Notes under the pieces: model-generated | Told to the model about the DNA's origin: nothing | The model's database searches: none | Seen by the model: the letters and a program-made list of their open reading frames with translations, nothing else | Assembly: GCA_037379345.1 (NCBI GenBank) | Contig: CM074513.1 | Span: 7,006,001-7,070,000 of the forward strand | Origin: Perna viridis | Lineage: Eukaryota | Direction of reading: 5' to 3' | DNA: 64,000 nucleotides | Shown here: positions 62,854-64,000 of the stretch, one piece after another | Layout of the letters: every line of letters begins with the position of its first letter | How positions within the stretch are numbered: position 1 is the first letter of the stretch | Translations under genes and position numbers: made by a program

Positions 62854-63359
62854 CCCAGTGTGGGTCCGGGGGTCAAAAGAATAGGCCCGCAGCAAAAGGC
62901 GAATAAATAGTGCTCAAAATCCTGGCTGGGGGCTAGGGCACTTTGTCCACAGAGCAACTGGGTTGTGTGCCCCAGGTGGTGAAATGGGGTAACCCTGCCA
63001 TGCTACATACTGGGGTCGTCAGGCCATAATACGGAAAACCTGACCGTAAACCATAGTGGTGGACCGTGTTGGGAAAATGCCACGTTTCTCGCACGTTAAA
63101 GAACCCTGCTGTGTTATTGGACAGGAGAAGTAGCCTCGGCTTCGCCACAGGAGGTTTAATTGCCCAACGGCCCTACCCATCTCCAGCGGCAATCGAAACT
63201 CGTCGACCCTATTATACTTGTATTCCATCCCATTTTTCAAATCATATCATTTCATGTTCATTTTGTCATCCATTTCGCGTTCATGTTCATCGCCCGGATA
63301 TACCGGTTGCGGAAATATTGCAGCTTGGGCGTTAAACACCAACAATCAATCAATCAATC
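62854..63359 (+). mobile_element. Longer copy of the Deu/Nin-domain SINE with (CAAT)n tail
   Basis: taaacc...gcacgttaaagaaccc domain and gaaatattgc...ggcgttaaacaccaacaatcaatcaatc tail; 3' part matches 24499-24786. Confidence 0.85.
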
Positions 63360-64000
63360 CAACTATAACATACAGTGTGAATTCGGTAAAGCACTACTAT
63401 CTATTTAATAAATTATATTTTCTGGAACGGGTATTGATTGAACGAACAATTCATTCAGCAGATGAATGAGTAAGATTATTAAATGTCGATTTACATAGTT
63501 ACCTCCTTACTATTCTTCCCATTGGCAAAATTATATTGATTCATTATCTGGAACAATATCTTTAGACATAAATTTTCATCTCATAATTTTTTTTCAGGGC
63601 ACCAAGCTTACTGTTACATCTGGTTAATTGTCTTAGTTAAAGTGAACTTTTCTTGTTTTATTTATGATTTTTTTCATATTTATTTTGAATTTCGAACACA
63701 AGTTTCCTATAAATAGACATCGGAGCTTTGATTCTGCAAGGTTACGGCATTACTTGCTACTTTAAATAATTCCCGAAATAATTCTGTTTACATTTTTCCA
63801 ATTTAAAGAATAAATAATTTTAAATATAATGCTTGTGAACCAAATATGTCAGTATCTTTCTTTATTTCAAAGAAAACGTTTGAATGATACATAATATACA
63901 ACATACGTACATTTTGCCATTTCTTAGGAAAAAAAAAGAGTTGTCTTTCTTACGTCAATGTTTGGCGTAAAGCCTCCCAAATTGATTTTTTCCCCATCAA

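Overview
AT-rich, intron-containing animal genomic DNA, most likely a bivalve mollusc (inferred from the repeat families, the lectin and the TRIM-type gene). Bases 1 to ~20.6 kb hold the 3' part of a basonuclin/disconnected-like C2H2 zinc-finger gene on the + strand (exons 5503-5741 and 14375-16789, probable long 3' UTR) in CpG-poor DNA. The rest is CpG-richer and TE-dominated. It contains a decayed chromodomain-bearing Gypsy element with one LTR ending TATAACC...GGTTATA, and a near-full-length Naiad-type Penelope-like element (GIY-YIG upstream of RT) with five short relatives. A C-type lectin pseudogene has an intron holding a nested stack: a HINE-like element, then a BEL/Pao LTR element, then a Neptune-type Penelope fragment fused to a tRNA-derived 404-bp unit. 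There is also a B-box/NHL (TRIM-like) pseudogene, Deu/Nin-domain SINEs, a CR1 remnant and many MITEs. The most intriguing structure is the tRNA-derived hairpin unit with a 35-bp terminal redundancy joined directly to the Penelope 3' end, a candidate Penelope-mobilised Pol III element. All calls were made by eye; repeat boundaries are approximate and family names rest on recalled motifs, not database searches.
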